Shown in pieces: positions 1 through 8,700 of a stretch of 64,000 bases of DNA; the stretch's first letter is position 1; each line of letters starts with the position of its first letter. Source of the stretch: a bacterium. GTDB lineage: Bacteria > AUK180. The DNA lies in assembly GCA_023133295.1 (NCBI GenBank), contig JAGLWT010000037.1, forward strand, positions 8,638 through 72,637, given 5' to 3'. Under the pieces are notes generated by a model that was not told where the DNA came from, ran no database searches, and saw only the letters and a list, made by a program, of their open reading frames with translations. A program made the position numbers and the translations under genes.

Positions 1-638
1 CAGGTCAAATCGCTCACGGCACCCCTCAGCCATGTCGGGGCGGTTGTTCTGCCCTGTGATCCATCGCTTCAATACATTGTACATGCATCGCGCGGTGGAG
101 AAGTCCAGATAGATTACCGTATCCGCCAGTTCCAGTCTGAGGTCAATGGTGGAGTTGAAATTGCCATCGATTATCCACTTCTCACCTTTAATGAGATCAC
201 GGACCTTTTTCTCCCACTCTTCAGTCGGAGTCTCCACCCAGCCGGGATTCCAGTAATGCTTGTCCAGATGTATTACCGGAAGATCCATGATATCTCCAAG
301 CGCCCTTGAAAGTGTTGACTTTCCGGCTCCGCTGGCAGTGTGCTGATCCATAAATACCATAACAATGGCTGATGCTATTTTTTTTTGTATTCAAGGAGCG
401 AGGAACGCCGCATACCCACAGCGGTATGCAAGCAACGATTAACGCAGAAGACAGAAAAATAGCTTCAGCCCGAAGGGAATATCATCTTTAGTAAATTTCT
501 TCCTCTCTCTTCGCTCACGGACCACAAAGGGTACGCCACGCTCATTGTTCGTTGGAATTAACTCAAATCTAAACATTCCATTGACATGGTATTTATGGAT
601 CAGTACACTAGAATTACTACTCTTTTTATATTTTTCAT
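1..638 (-). pseudogene. P-loop NTPase (adenylate-kinase / topology-modulation-like), split by a 272-bp MITE; C-terminus runs off the window
   Basis: Minus-strand translation of 1-336 gives ASGAGKSTLSRALGDIMDLPVIHLDKHYWNPGWVETPTEEWEKKVRDLIKGEKWIIDGNF... Codons 638-609 give MKNIKRVVIL. Deleting 337-608 joins them in frame as MKNIKRVVIL-ASGAGKST, an intact Walker A. Confidence 0.7.
337..608 (+). mobile_element. MITE-like element, copy 1 (272 bp, ~22-bp terminal inverted repeats)
   Basis: Left end is AGTGTGCTGATCCATAAATACC and right end is GGTATTTATGGATCAGTACACT, a near-perfect inverted pair. The whole element aligns with 44986-45258 on the opposite strand. It lies inside the P-loop NTPase gene. 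Confidence 0.75.
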
Positions 639-924
639 AGTGAAATATTATACCGCTTAGAACAGATTTTATTTCATTCCGACTATCTGCGTATCCCTCC
701 AAACGGCTATATCTTTGTTCTCATCCAGTTTCTAAGGTGACAAATTGGCACCTTAATCTCTCTTTCATTGTATTCTGTCATCCTGAGCGGATGTGAAGGA
801 TCCATCTCTCTCCATCTTTTAACCTTCTGGGTAATTGTTCATTGCATTCTGTGCGCTTGTCACTTGTGCACTTGTCACTTGTGCTCTGCGTAGCGTGTTC
901 AAGGTTGAAAGCAAAGAAGATCCG

Positions 925-1048
925 ATACCTTATTCCTATTTTTTGTAATATTTCCAACCAAGTAATTTGCCGTTACAATCATACATTGCGGTACTTACGA
1001 CATACGAGTAGTAGATCATGTCAACAATGTCAACCACCGTCCCCATAT
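925..1048 (-). repeat. GGGGACGGTG-anchored module C (GTTGACA doublet plus extended -10-like TGnTAT), reverse copy
   Basis: The reverse complement aligns with copies at 50614, 52254, 54123, 54613 and 59706. Confidence 0.7.
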
Positions 1049-1060
1049 CTCGCAGCATAA

Positions 1061-1091
1061 TTGTCCATTGTCAATTGTCCATTGTCAATTG
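1061..1091. repeat. Heptanucleotide tandem array (TTGTCCA/TTGTCAA)
   Basis: ttgtccattgtcaattgtccattgtcaattg. The same array recurs at 3419-3450, 49985-50015, 56135-56160, 59310-59335 and 62590-62635. Confidence 0.85.
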
Positions 1092-1173
1092 CGGTGAAGC
1101 CACCGTCCCCGATTTCCCCTTTTAAACCCATCAACCTCTTAGAAAGAGTATCTATTACTTTCTTCTCGATTTT

Positions 1174-3117
1174 TTATTTTGTTTTAAATTCATATATACC
1201 TTTCCACTGATTAAGATCAAAAATACCGGCATCCTTTTGCCTAATTATATTCTCACAGCGGTCTATATAAAAGTTAAGTGTTGGATCAGCACAAATATCT
1301 TCTAAATATCCGTGCTCTCCTATTTCTTTCCTTATTTCTTCATAAATCCTTAAAGCAGCACCAAACTCACCTTTTTGATAATGCTCAAATGCTTCTTTAA
1401 ACTTTTCTAAATGTTTATATTTCTTTTCTTTTATTTCATCAGGCTCAAAATCAAATACCTCATATATTTTTATAGGTTTCTTTTTTCCCTTTACTAACAC
1501 ATTATCCAACAATCTGGTATCGAATCCTTCATCAAGTTGTGCTTTGACATTTTCACCGATTATAATTCCTACCCCATAATGCCTGGTTAATCTTTCTAAT
1601 CTGGATGTCAGATTAACCACATCTCCAATTAATGTATAATCCAGCTTATCTGTTGACCCTATATTTCCCATTACACATGGGCCATGAGCAATTCCAACAC
1701 CATTACTCACTTTAAAGTAATCAACGCTTTGATCTGTCACTCCATTTTTCTGATATTCTTTTTTTCTCTCCCTGTTATAAATTCTCAGCTGTCTTTTTAT
1801 ATCTATTGCTGCACAGACAGCACTATCAACTGACTTTGAAGGATTTAATTCATCATAAAAAAAGGCCATTATGCAATCCCCCATTAACTTATCGATTTCT
1901 CCATTCCATTTTTTTATTGGTGCATTCATCTTATCGAAATAACTATTAAGAAATCTCACCAGTTCATCCGAATCCATTATTTCTGAAATATTTGTCATAT
2001 CCCTAATATCCGAGAACAATATTGTCGTATCTAATCGTTTTGATTTCTCCATTCTTGGATCCTGACCATTATCTACTCGCTCAACAAGTGATTTCTGAGT
2101 ATAGGACTGGAATATTTCAGATTTTCTTTTTGATTCTGTATATGCTATTTGCAGATTATCTTTTGTTTTTTCCAACTCAAAATGTTGCTTTCTTTGAATT
2201 GCCAATTCATCTTCCAAAGCTTCCAAATTTGATTTATCTCCGGCGATTAACCTTTTCCCTTTATTGATAATACTCCTTATTACTGATTTATTTTCTCTCC
2301 ATGATATTTTCTTAATGAAATATGGTGCGTTATATATCTGACCTTTTCTAACAATATTTTGATTATCCAATACAAGTTCTTTGGTTATTAAAATTCCTTT
2401 AACTTCCTCGGCTCCATATATTCGCCCATTATCTAATTCACAATATTTCCCCAGATAAATCGTTTTCCCGTCAATTATTTCTTTTTCTAGTAAAACTTCT
2501 TGCCCGTATACTTGTCCGTCGATATAAAATTTATTTTGTTTGTTTTCTGTTTCCAAGTTATATTTCGAATATTTATTATCTAGCAACTCTTTCAAATCAT
2601 ATTCTATAAGCGTTGTCTCTATTCTTCCTTCAGGTAAATTCCATATTAAAGGGATGCCTGCCAATATTCCATCAATAAATAACTCGCCATCAACATCTTC
2701 CGTTGGATTCACATCATCTTTAAATCTAATTTTTATTATACAGTTGCTTTTTGTAAGCCCATAAACCTCCCAATCGTTAGTGTCGTTAAACTGCGTATTA
2801 TACTTAGCAGCTTTTTTAAGAATTGCTCCGGGGGAGGCTACCATAGATACAATATTTTTGAATATACCCAAGGATTCTAAACTTCCTGAAGATAATCCAC
2901 ATTTATATAGGGCATCGGGATCATTTAATATTTTTTTAGTTTTTTTAGTTAATGTGACCCAAGTTTTGAGTGAAATCCAATTATGTGGATTGGTAAGAAA
3001 AGACTCCGAATATTCCAAACCATCTAATAACTCATCGACATTTTTGTTTTGTGCTTTGAGATATTTGATAACAATATTAGTACATTTACAATTTACGTTC
3101 TTTTTTTCTGTTTGCAT
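1174..3117 (-). CDS. Class III adenylate/guanylate cyclase domain protein with a large N-terminal domain of unknown function, a coiled coil and a C-terminal TPR-like tail
   Basis: 647-aa ORF. Cyclase core motifs are TILFSDIRDMTNISE...KLMGDCIMAFF...GIAHGPCVMGNIGS...DYTLIGDVVNLTSRLE. Confidence 0.85.
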   Translation of the reverse strand: MQTEKKNVNCKCTNIVIKYLKAQNKNVDELLDGLEYSESFLTNPHNWISLKTWVTLTKKTKKILNDPDALYKCGLSSGSLESLGIFKNIVSMVASPGAILKKAAKYNTQFNDTNDWEVYGLTKSNCIIKIRFKDDVNPTEDVDGELFIDGILAGIPLIWNLPEGRIETTLIEYDLKELLDNKYSKYNLETENKQNKFYIDGQVYGQEVLLEKEIIDGKTIYLGKYCELDNGRIYGAEEVKGILITKELVLDNQNIVRKGQIYNAPYFIKKISWRENKSVIRSIINKGKRLIAGDKSNLEALEDELAIQRKQHFELEKTKDNLQIAYTESKRKSEIFQSYTQKSLVERVDNGQDPRMEKSKRLDTTILFSDIRDMTNISEIMDSDELVRFLNSYFDKMNAPIKKWNGEIDKLMGDCIMAFFYDELNPSKSVDSAVCAAIDIKRQLRIYNRERKKEYQKNGVTDQSVDYFKVSNGVGIAHGPCVMGNIGSTDKLDYTLIGDVVNLTSRLERLTRHYGVGIIIGENVKAQLDEGFDTRLLDNVLVKGKKKPIKIYEVFDFEPDEIKEKKYKHLEKFKEAFEHYQKGEFGAALRIYEEIRKEIGEHGYLEDICADPTLNFYIDRCENIIRQKDAGIFDLNQWKGIYEFKTK

Positions 3118-3260
3118 AATTATATTACTGTTTATGTATGCAGAAAGATTCCGCCTTCAAAAAGTACATATCACTTACACCTGCATTCTCTTCTCATTTA
3201 CTTCCCCTATCCCTAATAATCGCCACAACACAACATCGTAACACCTTTCATTCCTCTTTT

Positions 3261-3289
3261 ATTATATAACTATTTTAGAATTTCTACAA
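3261..3289 (-). promoter_or_regulatory. Promoter module P2 (TTGTAG-17-TATAAT)
   Basis: On the minus strand, -35 TTGTAG is at 3289-3284 and -10 TATAAT at 3266-3261, with an exact 17-bp spacer. It lies 144 nt upstream of the cyclase start. The same module occurs at 27700-27728 and 20445-20473. Confidence 0.45.
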
Positions 3290-3505
3290 ATTCTGTATCG
3301 GGCATTTCCATTCTTTTTCTAAATCATCCCTCGTATCGTTCTGCTGCTTTGCAAAAGTATTATCAAATAATTGGATTTTGAACCTTGGTCATTGGGCTAC
3401 TGGGTCCACTTACTAATAATTGTCCATTGTCAATTGTCCATTGTCAATTGCGGTGAAGCCACCGCCCCCATATCTGTTGTACTGAGGATATCCGCCCTAG
3501 GAATT

Positions 3506-3542
3506 CTCAATTTAGGTAAAAAGTAAAGACACGCTACCCTAT
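3506..3542 (+). repeat. Module T core (CTCAATTTAGGTAAAAAGTAAAGACACGCTACCCTAT)
   Basis: One of six copies, all in the same orientation: 3506, 7024, 8049, 24355, 27902 and 35939. Confidence 0.8.
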
Positions 3543-3670
3543 TCAATTCAGACGCTCTACATTGCCTTGCTTTTTGTGTATATTTCCACATTTTTCAATG
3601 GATTATTGTGGTATTCTCCACATTTATCGAGGGAATTTGGATATTTTCTAAAATTAATGTATAATGCTGT

Positions 3671-4969
3671 ATGAAAAGAGACCTATACGAAAAACTAACT
3701 CTCTGGAAAGCTTCAACAAGAAGAAAGCCCCTTGTTCTATTGGGAGCCCGACAGGTAGGCAAGACATGGCTCCTTAGAAAATTTGGCGAAAATGAATATG
3801 AGAACACCGCCTATCTGAACTTTGAAGAAGATCCCGGACTGGCCGCTATTTTTTCAAAAGAGCTTGACCCTCTGATGCTTATACAGAAGATCTCCGCATA
3901 TCAGGGAATCAAGATAAGAAAAGATCTGGATTTGATAATATTTGACGAGATCCAGTTATGTAATAACGCTTTAAATTCTCTGAAATATTTCAATGAAAAG
4001 GCCAATGAATTTCATATTGTGTGTGCAGGTTCGACTTTGGGGATACAACACTCCGGAGATCATTCATTTCCTGTAGGCAAAGTCAATTTCCTTTCTCTGT
4101 TCCCATTGACATTTACCGAGTTTCTTAATGGATGCGATGCGAAATCCCTCGCGGAATTCGTGAAAACCGCAACGTTGGATGAATTTGTTGAGCCATTTTC
4201 AGGGAAATTATTTGACCATCTAAAAAAATATTACTTCGTTGGCGGAATGCCGGAAAGTGTTAAATATTTCATTGAATCCGGTGATCTGAATGAAGTCAGG
4301 AAGATCCAAAATGAGATAATACAGGGGTACCGGCTTGATTTTTCAAAACACGCAGAGAAAAAGGATATACCTAAGATCAATGAAGTATGGGACTCTATTC
4401 CGCGCCAGTTAGCAAAAGAAAATCATAAGTTTGTATTCCAAGTGATTAAGGAAAGTGCAAGAGGAAGAGAGTACCTTGATTCAATAAAATGGCTTGAGGA
4501 GGCAGGTTTTATAAATAGGGTTTTTGCATTGAAGGGAGTAAAGTTGCCTCTTATTTCTTACGCAAAGCGAAATTGCTTCAAAGTCTATGTTCTGGACACC
4601 GGTCTGCTTGGAGCTATGGTGAATCTCAGCGCAAAAGCCATCATCTTTGGAGAGGATAATTACAAAGACTACAAAGGGGCCTTTGTTGAGAACTATGTTG
4701 CTCAGCAGCTGAGAGCACAGCTTGATACTCAGCTTTTTTATTGGGAGAGCTCAGGAAATGCCGAAGTTGATTTTGTCATTCAAAACGATGAAGAAATCGT
4801 TCCTCTGGAAGTCAAAGCAGGTATCAATCCAAAGAGTAAAAGCCTGCGGGTATTTCAAAGCAAATTCAGTCCCCCGAAACTCTTAAGGACCACAATGCTT
4901 GATTACAGAAATGATGGTGGGATAATCAATATACCTCTTTACGCTATTTGTAGAATTGCAGATCTATAA
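3671..4969 (+). CDS. AAA+ ATPase with DUF4143-type C-terminal domain
   Basis: 432-aa ORF with Walker A LLGARQVGKTWLL and Walker B IIFDEIQ. A TTGGAT-17-TATAAT promoter ends about 5 nt before the ATG, so the mRNA may be leaderless. Confidence 0.85.
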   Translation: MKRDLYEKLTLWKASTRRKPLVLLGARQVGKTWLLRKFGENEYENTAYLNFEEDPGLAAIFSKELDPLMLIQKISAYQGIKIRKDLDLIIFDEIQLCNNALNSLKYFNEKANEFHIVCAGSTLGIQHSGDHSFPVGKVNFLSLFPLTFTEFLNGCDAKSLAEFVKTATLDEFVEPFSGKLFDHLKKYYFVGGMPESVKYFIESGDLNEVRKIQNEIIQGYRLDFSKHAEKKDIPKINEVWDSIPRQLAKENHKFVFQVIKESARGREYLDSIKWLEEAGFINRVFALKGVKLPLISYAKRNCFKVYVLDTGLLGAMVNLSAKAIIFGEDNYKDYKGAFVENYVAQQLRAQLDTQLFYWESSGNAEVDFVIQNDEEIVPLEVKAGINPKSKSLRVFQSKFSPPKLLRTTMLDYRNDGGIINIPLYAICRIADL

Positions 4970-5064
4970 CCCCTGATCAATTTTTCTTCTTAATACAAAT
5001 ACCTTCAGATCTTTATCGGTTAACTGTTAAAGGGTCTGGCGGACCGATTATGCAACTTTCGCAA

Positions 5065-5301
5065 CTACATCCCCGGATTTTCCCCAAGCTCATCTCTTAC
5101 TTTGAGAATTGCTCTCCCAGCATGGAACATTACTAAATATGATGAAATGATCGATGCATCAAAGGCATTGCCTTTCAAAGATCTTTCGGATTCTTCTATC
5201 CATTTTTCAGCTTTCTTAAATGACATTTCGGCATGCTCTTTGGATGGGGGCATTTTTCTCAATAATCCTTTTTTAATACAGTCACTAAATTTGAAGGCCA
5301 T
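5065..5301 (-). pseudogene. HEPN-domain protein, 3'-truncated (partner of the upstream MNT)
   Basis: MAFKFSDCIKKG...YLVMFHAGRAILKVRDELGENPGM*. The ORF leaves HEPN-like sequence before the expected R-x4-6-H histidine. Its last codons and stop lie inside repeat module G (5047-5085). The start overlaps the MNT stop by 17 nt. Confidence 0.55.
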
Positions 5302-5827
5302 CTTGATCTCCCATAAGGATAATTGAGCCAAAAACAAGTGAATGATAAAACATGACTTCATCATCCCGCAGTTTCATGATCTTGTCAGTAGTCAATAACA
5401 GTAGCTTACAGTTCGTATTCTTTTTCAAAATATCAGAAGTAAATTCAGCTATTTTTTCCTGATCTTCATCATCTATTCTCACCCAAATATCGATATCTGA
5501 ATCAATGTCATTATCGCCCTTTGCACAACTTCCGTATAGACCGACTGACTTTACAAAATCCATTTTGAAGGGTCGAAGGTCAACAGCATCGACATTGAGA
5601 AGAATTTTTATGCCTCTTGTAAGAGAAGATGCAATTATCATATATTTGGTATTTCGCTTTTCCAGTATTCCCTTTTTCGCTAGCAGTTCAAAATACTTGG
5701 ATACAAGTCCTTTGCTTAACTTCAATTCGGCAGCAGTACTGTTCACTCCAACCACATCGGTTCTGAAAATAATGTGCTTAAGAATCTTCATCCTTTGCTT
5801 TGTAGAAAATATGGCATCCATGTTCAC
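5285..5827 (-). CDS. Winged-helix plus minimal nucleotidyltransferase (MNT-type antitoxin-like)
   Basis: 180-aa ORF. It has the nucleotidyltransferase signature GLYGSCAKGDNDIDSDIDIWV and an N-terminal HTH-like region. Confidence 0.75.
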   Translation of the reverse strand: MNMDAIFSTKQRMKILKHIIFRTDVVGVNSTAAELKLSKGLVSKYFELLAKKGILEKRNTKYMIIASSLTRGIKILLNVDAVDLRPFKMDFVKSVGLYGSCAKGDNDIDSDIDIWVRIDDEDQEKIAEFTSDILKKNTNCKLLLLTTDKIMKLRDDEVMFYHSLVFGSIILMGDQDGLQI

Positions 5828-6114
5828 TCCCCGCGAACCAAGTGTTCACGCTACATAAACTCTTCGTTCACATTCTATAAACTTTTTACTGTTTTGTCAA
5901 GTACTTTTCCATATAAGGTTAACAGATGTCTCTTAATCTCTAACATGATTTGTCTGGCCTTTTTTCTTCTTATTCATAATTATCCCCTTCTCTCTTTCCT
6001 TCTTCACTATCTTCATTCTCCTCTGCACTTGTCCCTTGTACCTTGTGCACTTGTCACTTGTGCTCTGCGAAGCGTCATTTTGCAACAAACGCAACAACCG
6101 ACCCCTGTTTTCCC

Positions 6115-6618
6115 TTAATTAGGAAGCTGAAAAACATTCAGCCATAATATCACCATAATGGAGATACCGAATATCACAGTCACGACAGAAAATACTTTGA
6201 TCATGGATTCGGTCAACTGAATTTCACCGTTTAAGCCCTGTACTTTCGTAAGTAAATTACGATGCTTTATGAGAAATTCCGCTCCACTTTGAAAGAATAT
6301 GAAATAGAGTATATAAAGATAGATGACTAATGCTCCCACATAGAAAGGCACAACATAGGGATTCATCAGCCAGGGCTTAAAAAAGTCCAGCATATCGGTC
6401 ACATTACCAGTGAGACACCCGACAAGCATTATTATAAAAGGGATATTGAATCCAAAGGCAAAGAAATACGCCAATTTCTTGTACCCCTCTATCAATTCTG
6501 AATCGGGGTCCAGACCCTTCGTCCCTTTTGAATAAATAATATACGCATTAACAAAATTGATTATCACTGCCAAAGCAAAAAACACCACGGTCGGAAACAT
6601 CTGCGGCATAACACACAC
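6115..6618 (-). CDS. Multi-pass membrane protein, function unknown
   Basis: 167-aa ORF with about 5 hydrophobic helices. The real start is probably the ATG at 6609 (MPQMF...). Confidence 0.55.
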   Translation of the reverse strand: MCVMPQMFPTVVFFALAVIINFVNAYIIYSKGTKGLDPDSELIEGYKKLAYFFAFGFNIPFIIMLVGCLTGNVTDMLDFFKPWLMNPYVVPFYVGALVIYLYILYFIFFQSGAEFLIKHRNLLTKVQGLNGEIQLTESMIKVFSVVTVIFGISIMVILWLNVFQLPN

Positions 6619-6637
6619 CCCTTATAAACTCTACTTC

Positions 6638-6666
6638 ATTTTACTACTTTGCAAAAGCATTATCAA
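6638..6666 (-). promoter_or_regulatory. Promoter (TTGATA-17-TAAAAT)
   Basis: -35 is at 6666-6661 and -10 at 6643-6638, with a 17-bp spacer. It lies 20-29 nt upstream of the 6115-6618 gene. Confidence 0.5.
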
Positions 6667-7056
6667 ATAATTGGAGTTTGGACCTTGGAGACTGGAACAC
6701 TTGGCCCACTGGATTACTGCGTAGCATAACTTGTGCTCGTGTGCACTTGTCACTTGTGCTCTGCGAAGCATCATTTTGCAACAGATGCAACGACCGGCCC
6801 CGAGTTCTGCTTTTTGAACTTGTAAATAATCCTTACAAGTTGATTTTTCACTTAATTCCCCTCCCTGTCATGCAGAGCCACAGGCGTGGCATCCAGGTTT
6901 TCTTTTATTCTCTATTCAATATTTCTCAACCTGTGAACTTGGAACTTGCGAACATGGAACACTGCGTCTTAACTGTCAAACAGTCAAGCGACTGTTGTAC
7001 TGTGGAAATGCCTTCTCGGGGTTATCAATTTAGGTAAAAAGTAAAGATACGATACC

Positions 7057-7491
7057 CTATCCCGGTAGGGGGAAACATAATCCCAAATCAGTAAAACTGA
7101 ATTCCGCAGATGGTGTCTGCGATTTTTGGGATTTACGCGACGGTGTCGCGTATTTTAGCGTGACATCTTCAATCTCAGAAATATGCGACAGTGTCGCGGA
7201 TATTTTTTCAGGAGAATAAAGTTGATAAAATAGTCTCATTCTCTGTAAATTATCAACACCAAAACCGCGACCAAACTGTTGTCTTAGGTCCGCAGAAAGA
7301 ACTTTTAGTAACTCCTCACCGTATTCTGCCCTCTTTTTACCTTTTTGTTCATTCTCAACGATCATCCGGCCTATTTCCCAATAGGTTGCGGTCATTATTG
7401 AGTTAACTGTCTTTACAGTTGCACCACGGGCTTCATTTATTATTTGTGATACTCCAGAAAGCAAAGACGAATATTCTTTATCTTTAGCCAC
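7057..7491 (-). pseudogene. DUF1016/YhcG-type PD-(D/E)xK nuclease, N-terminal fragment only
   Basis: ...ATVKTVNSIMTATYWEIGRMIVENEQKGKKRAEYGEELLKVLSADLRQQFGRGFGVDNLQRMRLFYQLY matches the N-terminal domain of this family. The nuclease half is missing. The stop codon TAG lies inside the edge of module T. Confidence 0.55.
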
Positions 7492-7550
7492 GGCCTCTCC
7501 TATTCTTCCTTCAACTTGAGGTCACAATCTGTGATCTCATAAATCATGAT

Positions 7551-7655
7551 ATTTTACTACTTCGCAGATATATTTTCAAATTGAACTAATAACTCCGAGA
7601 ATTTCACCGGCATTTTGCAACTTGTGCAATTTATCCCGTAGTTACTTGTAAGCTT
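7551..7655 (-). promoter_or_regulatory. G+P promoter module (TTGAAA-17-TAAAAT preceded by a GTTGC-type doublet)
   Basis: -35 is at 7579-7574 and -10 at 7556-7551, 60 nt upstream of the start at 7491. Upstream sequence is AATTCTCGGAGTTATTAGTTCAATTTGAAAATAT, as in other copies. Confidence 0.55.
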
Positions 7656-7660
7656 ACCCT

Positions 7661-7696
7661 ATCTTCGTATCTTCGTATATACGAAGATACGAAGAT
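7661..7696. repeat. Perfect 36-bp palindrome
   Basis: atcttcgtatcttcgtat | atacgaagatacgaagat. The two 18-nt arms are exact reverse complements. Confidence 0.95.
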
Positions 7697-8100
7697 GCCA
7701 TTTTTCATTTACTCTACTGCCCTGGGGTGTTTATCTGCTTCACTAAGCACTGCTTTCATATGCTCTTGTATTGGCAGTTGTGGCATTTGCCGTAATTGTG
7801 ATGATTGCGCTTTATTGATCTTGGAGCGGAGGTTCGAGAGATTATTCCAAGATTTTGCACCTTTCGCAACGACCGTCCCCGAGTTTCCCCTCGTGAACGA
7901 CTGTCATCCAGAGGGAGTTGGCGACCGTGGGATCCAGTTGGTATCTGTTTCTTGTGCGTTCTTTCATTCTTCACTATTCACTGTTCACTGTTCATTTCTC
8001 AATTGTTCACTTACTACCGTTGTACTGTGGAAATGCAATCTCGGGATTCTCGATTTAGGTAAAAAGTAAAGATACGATACCCTATTCGGTACTTGTCACC

Positions 8101-8700
8101 TCATTTGTGCTTTAGCAGTTCCACAACAACTCTGTGAACTGTGGTTGAAGGATTATTTCCGAACGGATCAAATCTTTCATATTTCTTTAAAAGGTTTGTC
8201 GAGTTTGTGATTGCAATCTTCTGCCTATCGTTCAAAATTTGATACATATTAGGATCATTTTTTTCATATTTCTTTCCTAAATAAATATCTAATTTGCCAG
8301 GATATCGTTTTCTCGAAATTTCCGTATTTAGATATTCAAAATGCAATATATACCAAAGTTCAAATGATTCATTACTATAAACAATGTGAATGTTTTCATT
8401 TTTCGCTAAGGTTATTGCCTGATTTACATTGATCCTATCTGTATTGTCAATATCAAAAACACACCACAACTCGTCATACTTCTCACTATCCTTTTTCTTT
8501 ACGATATGCCTTATCATCCCGCATGGATCAACTGATTTAAATCGAATTTTGACATTGCTTAATCTTTCTATATTCTTCATCCCTTTAAAATAGTTCATTT
8601 CGGTTTCTTTCCCTTGACATACTACTAATATAGTTGGTTTTATTGTTCTCGTTTTAGATATTCTTTGATAATGTTTTCCTAATTTTCTTGTTTTACTCAT
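8101..8700 (-). CDS. RloB-like (Toprim-like) protein, AbiLii-like
   Basis: 199-aa ORF with motifs ILVVCQGKETEMNYF, LWCVFDIDNTD and IVYSNESFELWYILHF. It overlaps the upstream ATPase gene by 4 nt. Confidence 0.8.
   Translation of the reverse strand: MSKTRKLGKHYQRISKTRTIKPTILVVCQGKETEMNYFKGMKNIERLSNVKIRFKSVDPCGMIRHIVKKKDSEKYDELWCVFDIDNTDRINVNQAITLAKNENIHIVYSNESFELWYILHFEYLNTEISRKRYPGKLDIYLGKKYEKNDPNMYQILNDRQKIAITNSTNLLKKYERFDPFGNNPSTTVHRVVVELLKHK

Noticed and set aside
337-608. The 272-bp element as a self-splicing intron, because deleting it restores the reading frame exactly.
   Set aside because: The two copies are in opposite orientations relative to their host genes. The element has ~22-bp terminal inverted repeats. 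It is too short for a group II intron, and I see no group I-like 5' U / 3' G boundaries.
439-702. 87-aa ORF from the track, and its relatives at 44944-45204 and 44997-45230.
   Set aside because: These frames run through the MITE copies. The reading frame is not conserved between copies (copy 1 has an early stop in the frame that is open in copy 2), and the ORFs overlap the reconstructed host genes.
2022-3241. Plus-strand ORFs antisense to the cyclase gene, and similar antisense ORFs inside other long genes (for example 9286-9585, 25171-25362, 41660-42112).
   Set aside because: They are short, hydrophobic or low-complexity, and fully contained in well-supported genes on the other strand. This is typical of AT-rich antisense frames.
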